In this document: in pieces, positions 17,527-27,100 of the stretch
Numbering within the stretch: position 1 is the first letter of the stretch
Layout of the letters: each line of letters starts with the position of its first letter
DNA from: Nitratireductor sp.
Lineage (GTDB): Bacteria; Pseudomonadota; Alphaproteobacteria; Rhizobiales; Rhizobiaceae
Reading direction: 5' to 3'
Assembly (NCBI GenBank): GCA_020441855.1
Contig: JAGRLL010000005.1
Coordinates: 13,125 to 77,124, forward strand
Length of the DNA: 64,000 bases
Notes under the pieces: model-generated
The model's database searches: none
Told to the model about the DNA's origin: nothing
The model's input: the letters and a program-made list of their open reading frames with translations, nothing else
Made by a program: the position numbers and the translations under genes

Positions 17527-18243
17527 CTATCGAGTTTCGGAGAATCCGGCGGCTGAAACATCGCCGGCCTTGATGCTTGGGTAGTCGGTGATCTGGAATG
17601 TCTGGGGCCAGCGGAACGCCATGAACTTCGACCTTGGGAACCAGGAGTCCTTGATCATGTCGGACTGGTTGCCACCCCTGAGCATGATGCGGTCGCGCTC
17701 AACGGCAGCGACAATGCCCACGTGGCCCGACTTCGCGGACCATCGGATCACCCCTACGGCGCCGACGCGCGCCCGCGTGTCCTTCCCGAACTTCGCCCAG
17801 GCCTGCGCCCAGAACGGATTGGATGGCAAAGGTTCATCCGGAAGCGTCTTGACGAAGCAGGTTTCGATGGCGTCGCCGCACCACGGTAGTTTCGCTGGAT
17901 TGCCAAGGTATTTCCCGATCATGAGCCAGTCAGACAGCGTTTTGTTGTTGCTGCGCTCGTGCAGGCCCATGCGGCGCGTCATTTCCGCCAGCCATGGCGG
18001 CATGGTCTCCGCGGGATCTGGCAAGCCATGCCCAACACCGTCGGGAAGACCCGCGCTGCCTGGTGGATTCCTGAGCGCCGCGACAGTGGCCTTGTCGGCG
18101 ATGCGGGTGACGCGCAGACCAGACGATTTCTGGAACGATGCCATGGCTAAGCGGGTCAATGCGCCCCAGTCACCATCAACCGAAAGTTTCGGGTCGGCGC
18201 CATGGACATTGAGCCGGTATTGCACCCATTCAATGAAGGTCAT
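17527..18243 (-). CDS. Endolysin: PG_binding_1 domain + TIGR02594/CHAP-like peptidase domain
   Basis: DGDWGALTRLAMASFQKSSGL (peptidoglycan-binding repeat). C-terminal LPWCGDAIETC...GHVGIV pattern typical of the TIGR02594 family. ATG 18243 overlaps the upstream stop. Confidence 0.75.
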   Translation of the reverse strand: MTFIEWVQYRLNVHGADPKLSVDGDWGALTRLAMASFQKSSGLRVTRIADKATVAALRNPPGSAGLPDGVGHGLPDPAETMPPWLAEMTRRMGLHERSNNKTLSDWLMIGKYLGNPAKLPWCGDAIETCFVKTLPDEPLPSNPFWAQAWAKFGKDTRARVGAVGVIRWSAKSGHVGIVAAVERDRIMLRGGNQSDMIKDSWFPRSKFMAFRWPQTFQITDYPSIKAGDVSAAGFSETR

Positions 18244-18821
18244 TGTTCGCCCCCGAGAATTTCTTCCACCGCGCGCCGGATAGTGATCCGCGTGATCGGA
18301 TCGCTCGCGCATCCGACGTGAGAACTGTTGGGGATCAGTATTGGCGGTGCTCCGTCCCATCCCGGCGGATAGATCACCTTGCCGCCGCGCTTGCCGCTGG
18401 AGTCGCCGGTTCTGGCCCGATACGGCGCGTTGAACAGCCGCCCGAACCAGTTCGGGTCGGACCAGAACTCCTGGGCTTTCTCAACGTTTGGCGGTTGCCG
18501 CATCTCGCGCCCGGCGGTCGGGTCGATATAAGCCGCATATGCGACCTTGATCCCGTGGGTATTGAGCCGCCACGCCATCTTGATCATGGCGTCGACACCC
18601 ATCGAATGGCCGACGGTAATCACAGTCGGCGGGCCGTAACGCCTCGCCCTTGCGAGGATGGCGTCGGTTACGTCTTCCCACTGCCACCAACGCCAATGAT
18701 CGGCCTCGGCAAGCGATGGAAGCCTATCGATCATATCCTCGATGGCTTGGGTGCCGGCGTCGAACAGCGCGTCGCCGAGACCAGAGAATACTGGTATTTC
18801 GAAGTTCTGCGCGGATGACAT
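18240..18821 (-). CDS. Alpha/beta-hydrolase-like esterase/lipase
   Basis: Nucleophile elbow GHSMG and C-terminal NSSHVG (candidate catalytic His). Translationally coupled to the endolysin gene. Confidence 0.55.
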   Translation of the reverse strand: MSSAQNFEIPVFSGLGDALFDAGTQAIEDMIDRLPSLAEADHWRWWQWEDVTDAILARARRYGPPTVITVGHSMGVDAMIKMAWRLNTHGIKVAYAAYIDPTAGREMRQPPNVEKAQEFWSDPNWFGRLFNAPYRARTGDSSGKRGGKVIYPPGWDGAPPILIPNSSHVGCASDPITRITIRRAVEEILGGEQ

Positions 18822-18968
18822 GCGCCAGTCCTTTCGGTTCTGGCGCGGATTATGGTGCGCGAAGGTGAGGCGCTAATAATGGAGATCGATGCCGAGAAGA
18901 CCGGTATTCATTGGTCCGGGTGCTCGATTACGACAGAGGAAAAGGCCTTGCCCAAGTGGAAGCACATG

Positions 18969-19724
18969 TTACGTGATTTCCAGATAGAACGACGTCAGTT
19001 GCGTGTCGTTGCCGATGGCGTCGGCATCGATCGTATGCGAAGACTTGCTGTCGCCTGGGTTGTAGATCGCATATCCGGCGCGGTTGTCGGAAGCGGCAAC
19101 CTGCCCGTCAAAAGCTGGTGAAGTCGATGCGTTGAACACTACCGATCCGGCGCCATACCTTGATACTCCACCGAACACCAACACCGTGTCGGCACCTGAC
19201 GCATTGGCATTTTGGGTCTGGGCCGTCGGATTGCCGGTTATGTTCTGGGCTGTTTGCCCTTGCGGCGTAATCGTTGCGATTGCCGCGCTCGGCTCAAACC
19301 TCAGCATGACAGCGCTGAAATAGTCTATCGCCGACGCCGCGAAATCCACCGACCCGGCGCTTACGTCGCCAGAAGTCAGCACCTTGTAGCACCACAAAAC
19401 CTCAACGTCGTTACCGTTGTCGAATGAGACGGTCGAAATGGCTGTCCATCCGGATGGTGCTGATATGTTCCGGTTTCCGAATCCACCGCCCCAAACAAAA
19501 GCGATCACCAGATCGCCAGCAGCCGAGCCGGAAGGTAGCGAAACCACACCGTTGTGAGATGATCCCGTCGCCGTCGATGATGTCTGGAAGGTGAAAGAGA
19601 CGGAACTCGCCTGCTCGCTCTCGACAACACCGAAGCCGACGAGCTGGTTGACCTGCATGAAGCCGGCAAGCGCCGGCAGCAGGGCGAGGACAAGGACAAG
19701 ACGGGCAAACAGGCGATGCATCAT
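18969..19724 (-). CDS. Secreted/fibre-associated hypothetical protein
   Basis: Signal-like LFARLVLVLALLPALAG. GGAG SD, and ATG 19724 adjacent to the upstream stop. Confidence 0.5.
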   Translation of the reverse strand: MMHRLFARLVLVLALLPALAGFMQVNQLVGFGVVESEQASSVSFTFQTSSTATGSSHNGVVSLPSGSAAGDLVIAFVWGGGFGNRNISAPSGWTAISTVSFDNGNDVEVLWCYKVLTSGDVSAGSVDFAASAIDYFSAVMLRFEPSAAIATITPQGQTAQNITGNPTAQTQNANASGADTVLVFGGVSRYGAGSVVFNASTSPAFDGQVAASDNRAGYAIYNPGDSKSSHTIDADAIGNDTQLTSFYLEIT

Positions 19725-20164
19725 CCGATCTCCTGCGCCTGTGCCCATGCTGTGTCGATCGCGGCATCAGAGATACCGACCAAAGGTGCGATCTGGGCGA
19801 TCAACGCATCGTCACGGTGATAACTCGCCGAGCGTTCGAACTTGGCGCGCGCCACGGCGCGCTGTATGTCGTCGGCAATGGCGTCAATCGCGGTCTCGAT
19901 TGCTGCGCGGATGCCGAGAATGTCGAGCATGGCGAAGAACTGCACAGGCGTCAGCGGCGTATCGGTGGGATCGGCAACCGGCGCTGGCACAACGGTCTCA
20001 ATCGCCTCATCGTCAACAATGGCCCATCCGGCGGGTTCGCCTTCGACCGGCGCTCCTACCGGATACCAGGCATATCCCTTCGCCGGGTTCGGATCGGGTC
20101 TGGCGTCATGGTCCTGCGTACGGACGAATGCGCCATCGAGAAAGAGCGCGTACATCATGATCAA
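19721..20164 (-). CDS. Hypothetical protein (possible fibre assembly factor by position)
   Basis: ATGA overlap with the tail fibre gene stop. Confidence 0.4.
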   Translation of the reverse strand: MIMMYALFLDGAFVRTQDHDARPDPNPAKGYAWYPVGAPVEGEPAGWAIVDDEAIETVVPAPVADPTDTPLTPVQFFAMLDILGIRAAIETAIDAIADDIQRAVARAKFERSASYHRDDALIAQIAPLVGISDAAIDTAWAQAQEIG

Positions 20165-22500
20165 TCGTCCTTGAGTGCATCGATTGTGTAGAGCAGCTTG
20201 ACCGCGATAAGCCGCGCATCCTGCGTCATGTCGTCATTGGCGTCGGAGACATCGCGACAGATCCTGAAAAAGCTCATGTCGCCGGCGGCAGGCGTGCCTG
20301 CGATGGTGACGGCGGACGAAACCGAACTCGCCAGCACGTCGCCGGCCGCGCTCTGCGCATCGTCGGTCACGACAACTGCCGTGCCCCATGCCGTGTCGAT
20401 CGGATCGCCATCGGAAATCGCGACGCCCTGCAGATACCAGGCGACGCCCGTGGTTCCGGTCGCCGTCGTGGTCCAGAACGCCTGATAGGTGACGGTGCCC
20501 TCGTTCCAGCCTTTCGGCATGGGGATGGAGAACTGCGCGCACTCGTCGGCCGAGGCGTCGAAATCGAGCACCTTGTAATTGATCGCGTTCGTTGTCGTCT
20601 CGACCTGCGCGGAAGCCGGGCCGCTCGTCGTCGACGACAGCATGGCCCCGGCCGGAATGACGACCGTCTGCAGGGAAAGATCGCCGGTATTGAGTGCGCG
20701 TTTGCCCTCGATCGATATTTCGCCGGAAGCCGAGCGCGCCAGCGTCGTGTCGGATGCGTGGCCAACTTCAATTCCGGTGAATTGCGGACTATCGCCGGTT
20801 CCTACGCCGATTGAAGTCCTCAGCGTTGCGCCGCTCTCGGCGGCGTAGGCCCCTGATCCAGTGCCAACCTGAATTTCACCATCAGCGGTGAAATCTGTGT
20901 CCATCATGGCACCGGCAGCGGCGACGTTGGTGGCGTCGGTGACATCTGCGGCGGCCTCGATGCCGTCAAGTTTCGTGCCGTCAGAAGCAACGTCCCTTCC
21001 GTCGACCGTTCCGCCTACCGCAAGATTGCCGGACATGCCCAGTGTGCCGAGCCCTGCGATGTTGCCGCTGTCGTCGACCGTGACTGCACTGTTCTGGATC
21101 AGCTTGCCGGTCGTGCTGTCGTATCTGGCAATCGCGTTATCGGTTGCCGATGCTGGGCCGACAACATCGCCGGTTCCAGCCCCGGCATCACCTGATCGCC
21201 AGAAATTGACCACAACGGCATCGGAATCTGAAAGCGACCCGTTGGAGGTAACCGGACTGACGGGAACCTTCCTGTAGCCCGTTCCATCCGTCACTGTCCC
21301 CGATACGATGATTTCGCGCCAAATGGCTGGGTCGTCTGCCTTCTCGATCCTGATCGTACCGTAATTGGCAGTTGTGGTGCTGTCATCGAAACTGTCGAGC
21401 CATGTGGTCACGTCTGCGGCGTCGGAGTTCTCGTTGTCGAAATAAATCTCGGTGACAGAACCGAAAGTCGCATTGTCGAACCTCAGGACACCGCTTCCAG
21501 GGTCGCTATCGGTTATCGTCGTGGAGAACGAATAGGCATAACCGGGGATTGAGCCAGTTGCCCCGGTCGCACCCGTAGCGCCAGTCGCTCCGGTCGATCC
21601 TGTTGCGCCCTTGTAATTCTTCCAAAGTCCCGCAAAATCGCCGGCAGATGGTGATGGAACCGCGGTATCCGTGGCGAGAACCGCGATGTAGTCCAGCCCG
21701 GAATCGAAAGTCGTTGTAAAGCCGGTTCCAGATGCATCGCTGGCGTAAGCGATATAGACATAAGCATTCGCGCCATCCGCGCCATCCGCTCCATCTGCCC
21801 CAGATGGTCCGGTTGCTCCGGTCGCGCCAGTGGCGCCGGGACGGATGTAGAGCAGAGAGTAGTCCTGGTCGAGGGTAAGTGATCCGCCGGAAGCGATGTA
21901 GGTCAAGGCGACCTCGGACCAGCCCGTATTATCGGTGTTCGAGGAGACCGTGAAAATCGCGAAGTTCTGTGGTGCGCCGATCTCGGTCAGAAAGATCGTT
22001 CCACCAGAAGCCCAACTGTTGATGAATGAGGAATAATCAACCGCACCAGGGTTTGTTCCGGAATCGTCAATCGCCATCGCCGTGACGGAGGCAATCGTGG
22101 CATTGTCGAACCGGAAATACCCGCCAGTCGGATCAGCCATCGTTGTCGACGTCGAGAACCGGTATCGGATGCCGGCATAACCCGCCTGGGCATCAACGCC
22201 CGCAGCGGACCACGCCCCGTTGGTGTAGCGTTTCAGAACTGCCGGCGAAGACGAACTGTCGAGCCACCAGTCGAATGATGCAGGATCAGGGGCAGATGAA
22301 GCGACCGTACCACCTGAAATCGCGCCGGCTTCAATCAATGCCTTGAGGACGCCATCGGATACAGTCAGCCGCTCGGACTGACTCATCGTGCCGGCGTTCG
22401 GCACGATGATCATCTTGTGGGTTGAGTTCGAGAACGTCGCGGCTTGCGCCGATACGGCCACAATCAGGGCAAAGACGAAGCCAAGAAGGCGAAGCAACAT
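20161..22500 (-). CDS. Tail fibre protein with collagen-like repeats
   Basis: Two G-X-Y runs. VVGPASATDNAIARYDSTTGKLIQNS motif, common in alphaproteobacterial phage fibres. 779 aa. Confidence 0.75.
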   Translation of the reverse strand: MLLRLLGFVFALIVAVSAQAATFSNSTHKMIIVPNAGTMSQSERLTVSDGVLKALIEAGAISGGTVASSAPDPASFDWWLDSSSSPAVLKRYTNGAWSAAGVDAQAGYAGIRYRFSTSTTMADPTGGYFRFDNATIASVTAMAIDDSGTNPGAVDYSSFINSWASGGTIFLTEIGAPQNFAIFTVSSNTDNTGWSEVALTYIASGGSLTLDQDYSLLYIRPGATGATGATGPSGADGADGADGANAYVYIAYASDASGTGFTTTFDSGLDYIAVLATDTAVPSPSAGDFAGLWKNYKGATGSTGATGATGATGATGSIPGYAYSFSTTITDSDPGSGVLRFDNATFGSVTEIYFDNENSDAADVTTWLDSFDDSTTTANYGTIRIEKADDPAIWREIIVSGTVTDGTGYRKVPVSPVTSNGSLSDSDAVVVNFWRSGDAGAGTGDVVGPASATDNAIARYDSTTGKLIQNSAVTVDDSGNIAGLGTLGMSGNLAVGGTVDGRDVASDGTKLDGIEAAADVTDATNVAAAGAMMDTDFTADGEIQVGTGSGAYAAESGATLRTSIGVGTGDSPQFTGIEVGHASDTTLARSASGEISIEGKRALNTGDLSLQTVVIPAGAMLSSTTSGPASAQVETTTNAINYKVLDFDASADECAQFSIPMPKGWNEGTVTYQAFWTTTATGTTGVAWYLQGVAISDGDPIDTAWGTAVVVTDDAQSAAGDVLASSVSSAVTIAGTPAAGDMSFFRICRDVSDANDDMTQDARLIAVKLLYTIDALKDD
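21553..21609 (-). repeat. Collagen-like G-X-Y coding repeat 2 (GATGSTGATGATGATGATG)
   Basis: aa 298-316 of the fibre protein. Confidence 0.85.
21769..21837 (-). repeat. Collagen-like G-X-Y coding repeat 1 (GATGATGATGPSGADGADGADGA)
   Basis: aa 222-244 of the fibre protein. Confidence 0.85.
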
Positions 22501-22563
22501 GTCAGGTCTCGCGATTGATCTGGTATCGCAGACCTAATCCAGCGCCATGCCGGTGCTAATTTC

Positions 22564-23355
22564 TCAGTACAGCACAACAGCCCACCCATCGCCGCCTGGC
22601 GTGCCCTGGGTGAACATCATGCCGGCACTTCCGCAGCCCGGCGATGGCGCGGTATAGGTTCCGTTGTAGGTCCCGCTGCCAGATAGAAAATCCCGGGAGC
22701 TGGTGAATGGCGGAATCACATCGATCAGGCTGTAGAAGTCCTGGAAAAGACCATAGGCATCGGTCTGGTTTGTTGGTGGCGGATCGGGCGTGGTGACAAG
22801 GGCGCAGACGCCGCCGCATGACACCGAAAAGATCGTTGACACGCCTCTTCCTGCCCCGTCCTGACCATCGACATGCTTGTCGCCGCCCGAACCGCCCGTC
22901 CCTCCCGCGCCGCCATCGATTGCTGCGGCGGCAAATCCAGCGGCGGAAGTAAGACCACCCAAACCGCCATTGACGATAATACTGAGCCCCCGCGGTCCGG
23001 TTGCAGTGCTCTGCCCTCCCGGATTTCCGTTTGAATCAGCACCAGGGATCGCGCCACCGGCGCCGAGAACGATTTCGATCTGCTCGCCAGCAAAAAGAAA
23101 GACCCACTCATACGCGGATTCTCCTCCCCCCCCGCCGGTGGCGTTACGATCCGTTCCGTTGTCTCTGCGCCCACCGCAGCCGCCGCCGGCGCAAATACGC
23201 AGAAAATGCCAACCCGTAACAACCGCGGTGAAGGTGTATGTCCCGGCGCCGGTGTACTCGACGACGTTGGGAAGCAGTGATCCGAGCTGCGGACTGATCC
23301 CGGCATCCTGATTGCCGAGTCCTTCATCGACGAAGGGCGGGGAGAAAAACGACAT
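22564..23355 (-). CDS. Glycine-rich tail fibre-like protein
   Basis: GGGCGG..TGGGGGES..GGAGGTGGSGG tracts. ATG 23355 overlaps the upstream TAA (TAATG); the listed start 23478 is unlikely. Confidence 0.55.
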   Translation of the reverse strand: MSFFSPPFVDEGLGNQDAGISPQLGSLLPNVVEYTGAGTYTFTAVVTGWHFLRICAGGGCGGRRDNGTDRNATGGGGGESAYEWVFLFAGEQIEIVLGAGGAIPGADSNGNPGGQSTATGPRGLSIIVNGGLGGLTSAAGFAAAAIDGGAGGTGGSGGDKHVDGQDGAGRGVSTIFSVSCGGVCALVTTPDPPPTNQTDAYGLFQDFYSLIDVIPPFTSSRDFLSGSGTYNGTYTAPSPGCGSAGMMFTQGTPGGDGWAVVLY

Positions 23356-24095
23356 TACCGCACGTCCAGATGCGACGCGACCTCGATATATGTCGTCGAC
23401 CAGACCTTGTAGTGTAGCACATCGCTTGAGCCCGGCCCGGTGGATAGCGTCGGCGGAGTACCGCCGGTGAATTTCCAATACGTCCCATAGGTCAGGGTTC
23501 GCGATCCAGTTCCGTCCTGAATGACACGGATCGATCCGGATTGCCCGGCAGTCAGGTTCGTCGGGTTGGCCAGGCTGCGGTTTCCTCCAAGCGTAACCTC
23601 GAAATCGTTGCCGTCGTCCATGTCCGGAGTGATGGTGGTGCCATCGGCAAGCGTGACAATGGTGGTCCGCTGGGCCTTTGTGAACGTGTTCACTACTGCG
23701 GTCTGGGCAAGCCCTGAGGTGTGGTTGATCGCTGCCTTGAAGGACGCCTCGTCGGCAGATGCCATCAAGCCGCGCATATAGGACACGAAGGTAAACGTCC
23801 CGAAGGCGTCATCGCCGGTGGCATACAAAGCCTTGTCGGCCGCAAAAGTAACCCCTGCAAGCGCGGTCAGCGTGGCGTCGAGCGCCTGGGCATCGGTGAT
23901 GCCATACCCGTCGAGCGTGGTCGGAAGGTCGGTGATGTCGCCGAAAGAAACCGTGATTGCGGAAATGCGTGCGGCGAGCTGCGAAAGACCTGTCGCGAAA
24001 TCGGCCCATTGCGCCGAAATCTCGAGGGCATCGGCAGATTCGGTGTTCGTCGGAACATCGGGCAGCAGGTTGAAGGTGTCATCGGTGAACGACAT
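23355..24095 (-). CDS. Tail fibre/receptor-binding-like protein
   Basis: Assigned by its position at the head of the fibre gene block. GGAGGGA SD upstream. Confidence 0.45.
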   Translation of the reverse strand: MSFTDDTFNLLPDVPTNTESADALEISAQWADFATGLSQLAARISAITVSFGDITDLPTTLDGYGITDAQALDATLTALAGVTFAADKALYATGDDAFGTFTFVSYMRGLMASADEASFKAAINHTSGLAQTAVVNTFTKAQRTTIVTLADGTTITPDMDDGNDFEVTLGGNRSLANPTNLTAGQSGSIRVIQDGTGSRTLTYGTYWKFTGGTPPTLSTGPGSSDVLHYKVWSTTYIEVASHLDVR

Positions 24096-24098
24096 CGT

Positions 24099-24121
24099 TC
24101 CCTCCTTTGGGATCGGAGGGA
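24099..24121 (-). promoter_or_regulatory. Hairpin TCCCTCC-N9-GGAGGGA that pairs the SD of gene 23355..24095
   Basis: Perfect 7-bp stem. One arm is the only SD for ATG 24095. Confidence 0.4.
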
Positions 24122-24145
24122 TTATGTCGGCAGGACGGTCAGGCG

Positions 24146-27100
24146 CTAATTACCATCAACCCTGCGCGCCGTTTGGAGATAGGCGCGATTGAACGCCGAG
24201 ATGATCCGCATTTCCTCGTCCTCGATGCGCTTCAACGTTTCCGAACGAGTCGCCGCATCGAGTTTGGCGGCGTAGATCTCGTTTCGCTTCTTCCTGAGGT
24301 CGCGGAGCTTGCTTTGCATCGCGCGGTAACCCTTGGTCTTCATCGCCCCCAGCGCCTTCGTCTTGTCGTCCAGGGCGTCATAGGAAGCGCGATCGCCTTT
24401 CTTCGCAAAGCCCTCGGTCTGGGCTGCGGCCTGTTCGATCTCATCGACGCGGGAATAGAAAATATCGCGGTCAAAGAATGCCCCGGTTCTGCCGTGGACC
24501 CTGCGCTCGAACGGAATGTCGTTCGGATTGATCTCCTCGCCCCGCAGCAATTTTGAGGTCGTGTTTACCGGCCGCCACCATGTCGACACCGCCGCCCCAC
24601 CGATGAATTTTCCGACGTGGTCGATCCATTCCGGGGAAAGATCGACCTTGCCGGGCTTGAATTCATTGCCGCCGGTCCACTCATTCAGCATCGCGGTGAG
24701 ATGTCGCGAAAGCGGTGACACCGAATTGTAGTAGTCCTGGCTGAACGGAATCGTGTCGTCATATTTCGTTCGATCAGGCCTGATCTTCCTGCCTGCAAAA
24801 TCGCTGTTCTGGTTGATCTCGACAAGAGGGTCAGTGATGGTCGGGCTCAGCATCTTCAAAATGGAATCCGACCCGCCGACCGGGTTGAAGGAATCGATAA
24901 AGGTCTCCGCGATGTCGCCCATGGCCACCGCGCCGTCACTGAGCCCCATGGCATACTCCGTCGCCTTCCTGCCGACGGTGTGGAACACGTTGTAGCCATA
25001 CGGTAGCGGGAATTTTACATAGTTCTGCCGGCCACGATCGTCCTTGCCCGGGATCATCACGACGAGATTACGCTGCTTCTCCCATTCTGGGATTTTGGCG
25101 TATTCGTTCTCGCCGTTTTCGTCGTCCTCTCCGAGGAACAGCGCATTGAGCAGGGTCAGCGCGGCCGATCCTGCAACCATGGCGCCGGCAAGATGGCGGG
25201 CCCGGCGGTGCTGCATGGCCTTGAGCATGATGGCGCTGCCTTGCACCCCGGCATTGTAGAACAGGTAGAGCGCGTTCATCGTGGTGGCATACTGCCCCCT
25301 GCGATTGAAATTCACGGTGAGGTTCTTCGCTGCGGATGCGGCATCCTCGACCGACACCCCGCGTTCGCGCAGGTTCTTGAACAGTGAGAGCCGCACCGCG
25401 TTGTCGACGGCAAGGTTCATGTCCTCGATGACCTGGCCAAGCGCCTTTATCCCCTGCCAGACCTTGCGATAATCCTTCGCACTCATCTGGCGGGAGATTT
25501 TTTCGAACTTCGCCCGAAGATCCTCGATGCCATCGAGCTTGTAGAACGACACCTTGCCACCAGAGCGTTCGAATTCGCGGAAGACCTTGCGCCATTCCGT
25601 GGTCAACGGCTTGCCCCTGAGACCGCCCCATGCGCCGCGCATCGCGCCGAAATAGTCCTTGAGCACGGCCTTGGTGAGACCTTTCTGGTCCATCGTTGCC
25701 ATGTGGACGCCGGCAGTCTGCAAATCTCGAATAGCGTTCGATACCAAAAATTCCGGGTTAAGAGACGTGTTCATGGTCGACAGGAAGCGATTGAAACCGA
25801 TCATGAATTTAAGCATGCCGTTGAGGTCTTCGGCATTGAGCCGTTTGATCGCCTCTCGCAATCTTTCGTCGTTGATGACGATACGGTGCTCCACTCCCTT
25901 GAACTTCACCGAAACGGTCTTGTCGGCTTCGCCGGCCGCAATCGGGCTTTCCGCTCTGGAATAGACCATGCCGGTGGCACGATTGAAGACCTGCTTCATG
26001 CGAACCGGATTGATCTCCCAATAGTCCTTGTTTGGGTGTGCCTTTGCGAGATCGAAGAGCCTCTGGACGACACGGTTCTTTTCCCCGCGTATCACGGCCT
26101 CCTGGGCGACGGTAAACGCGGTGGCAAGGATATCCCCGGCCTTACTTTCCCGGCCGAGGGCGCGACGGCTTTCCGGCCCGCGCGCGGTGAACCCCTTGCC
26201 GACATTCGGAATACCGGGATCGGCTTCGTCGACTTCTTCGAAACCACGCAGCGGGACATAGTGCTGGTATTTCTGCCATGCCTCGGCGGCCTGCTCCGAC
26301 AACAGGCCTGCGTCTACGCGGGCACGAACAGATTCACGCATCATACGGTCGACGAGCTTGCCGATCAGTTCGTAGGCACCCGATTGTTCGGAACTCTTGA
26401 TGTCGCGCAGAATCCCCCTGGCCTCGGCATCGCTCATGCCGGACCCGCCATCCTCAAAATTGGGGTTGATCGATGCGATGTGTTCGTTTCGCTCCTGCGC
26501 ATGCCGAGCATAGAGGTATTCTCCGACATCGTCCTGATTGAGCCCGCTTTCGCGCATCAGGTAGCCGATCGGCTCGACATAGCGCCGCGTGATCCGGTCC
26601 AGACGCGAACCGACGCGGCCGGTATACATCTCTTCGGCGAGGTAGACCTTCATGCCTTGCGGAAGCTGATCCCCGGTGAAACGCTCGATGGCTTCCTCGA
26701 CGCGAAGGACCGGAAGGAAACGATCCTGAAAGTTGACCCGCCATTTGTCGATGGCGGTCTGCATGGCCTGTGCTGAAAACGCGGCGCGGAACCTCGCGGC
26801 CAGTTTGATGTTGGCGTTACGCAGGATTTGGAACGTGCCGCGATCCGGAACATGCCATAGCGATGCCGACGGCTCTTCGAACTTGCCGACATCTTCAAAA
26901 AACCCGTCTCTCAGGCCTTCTTCTTCCTCGAAATCACGGCGCGCGCCCTTCGGATCATCTCGTCCCTGATCATGCTTTCGGGAAGACCCTCGACTTCCTT
27001 CAAGAAACTCTGCCAGGTCTCCAAGGTGTCGAGCGGGCTGGGTTCGTCGATTAGCCCTGCCGATATTGGTTTTTCCGCCATTGATCAGTTGCTCCATTCG

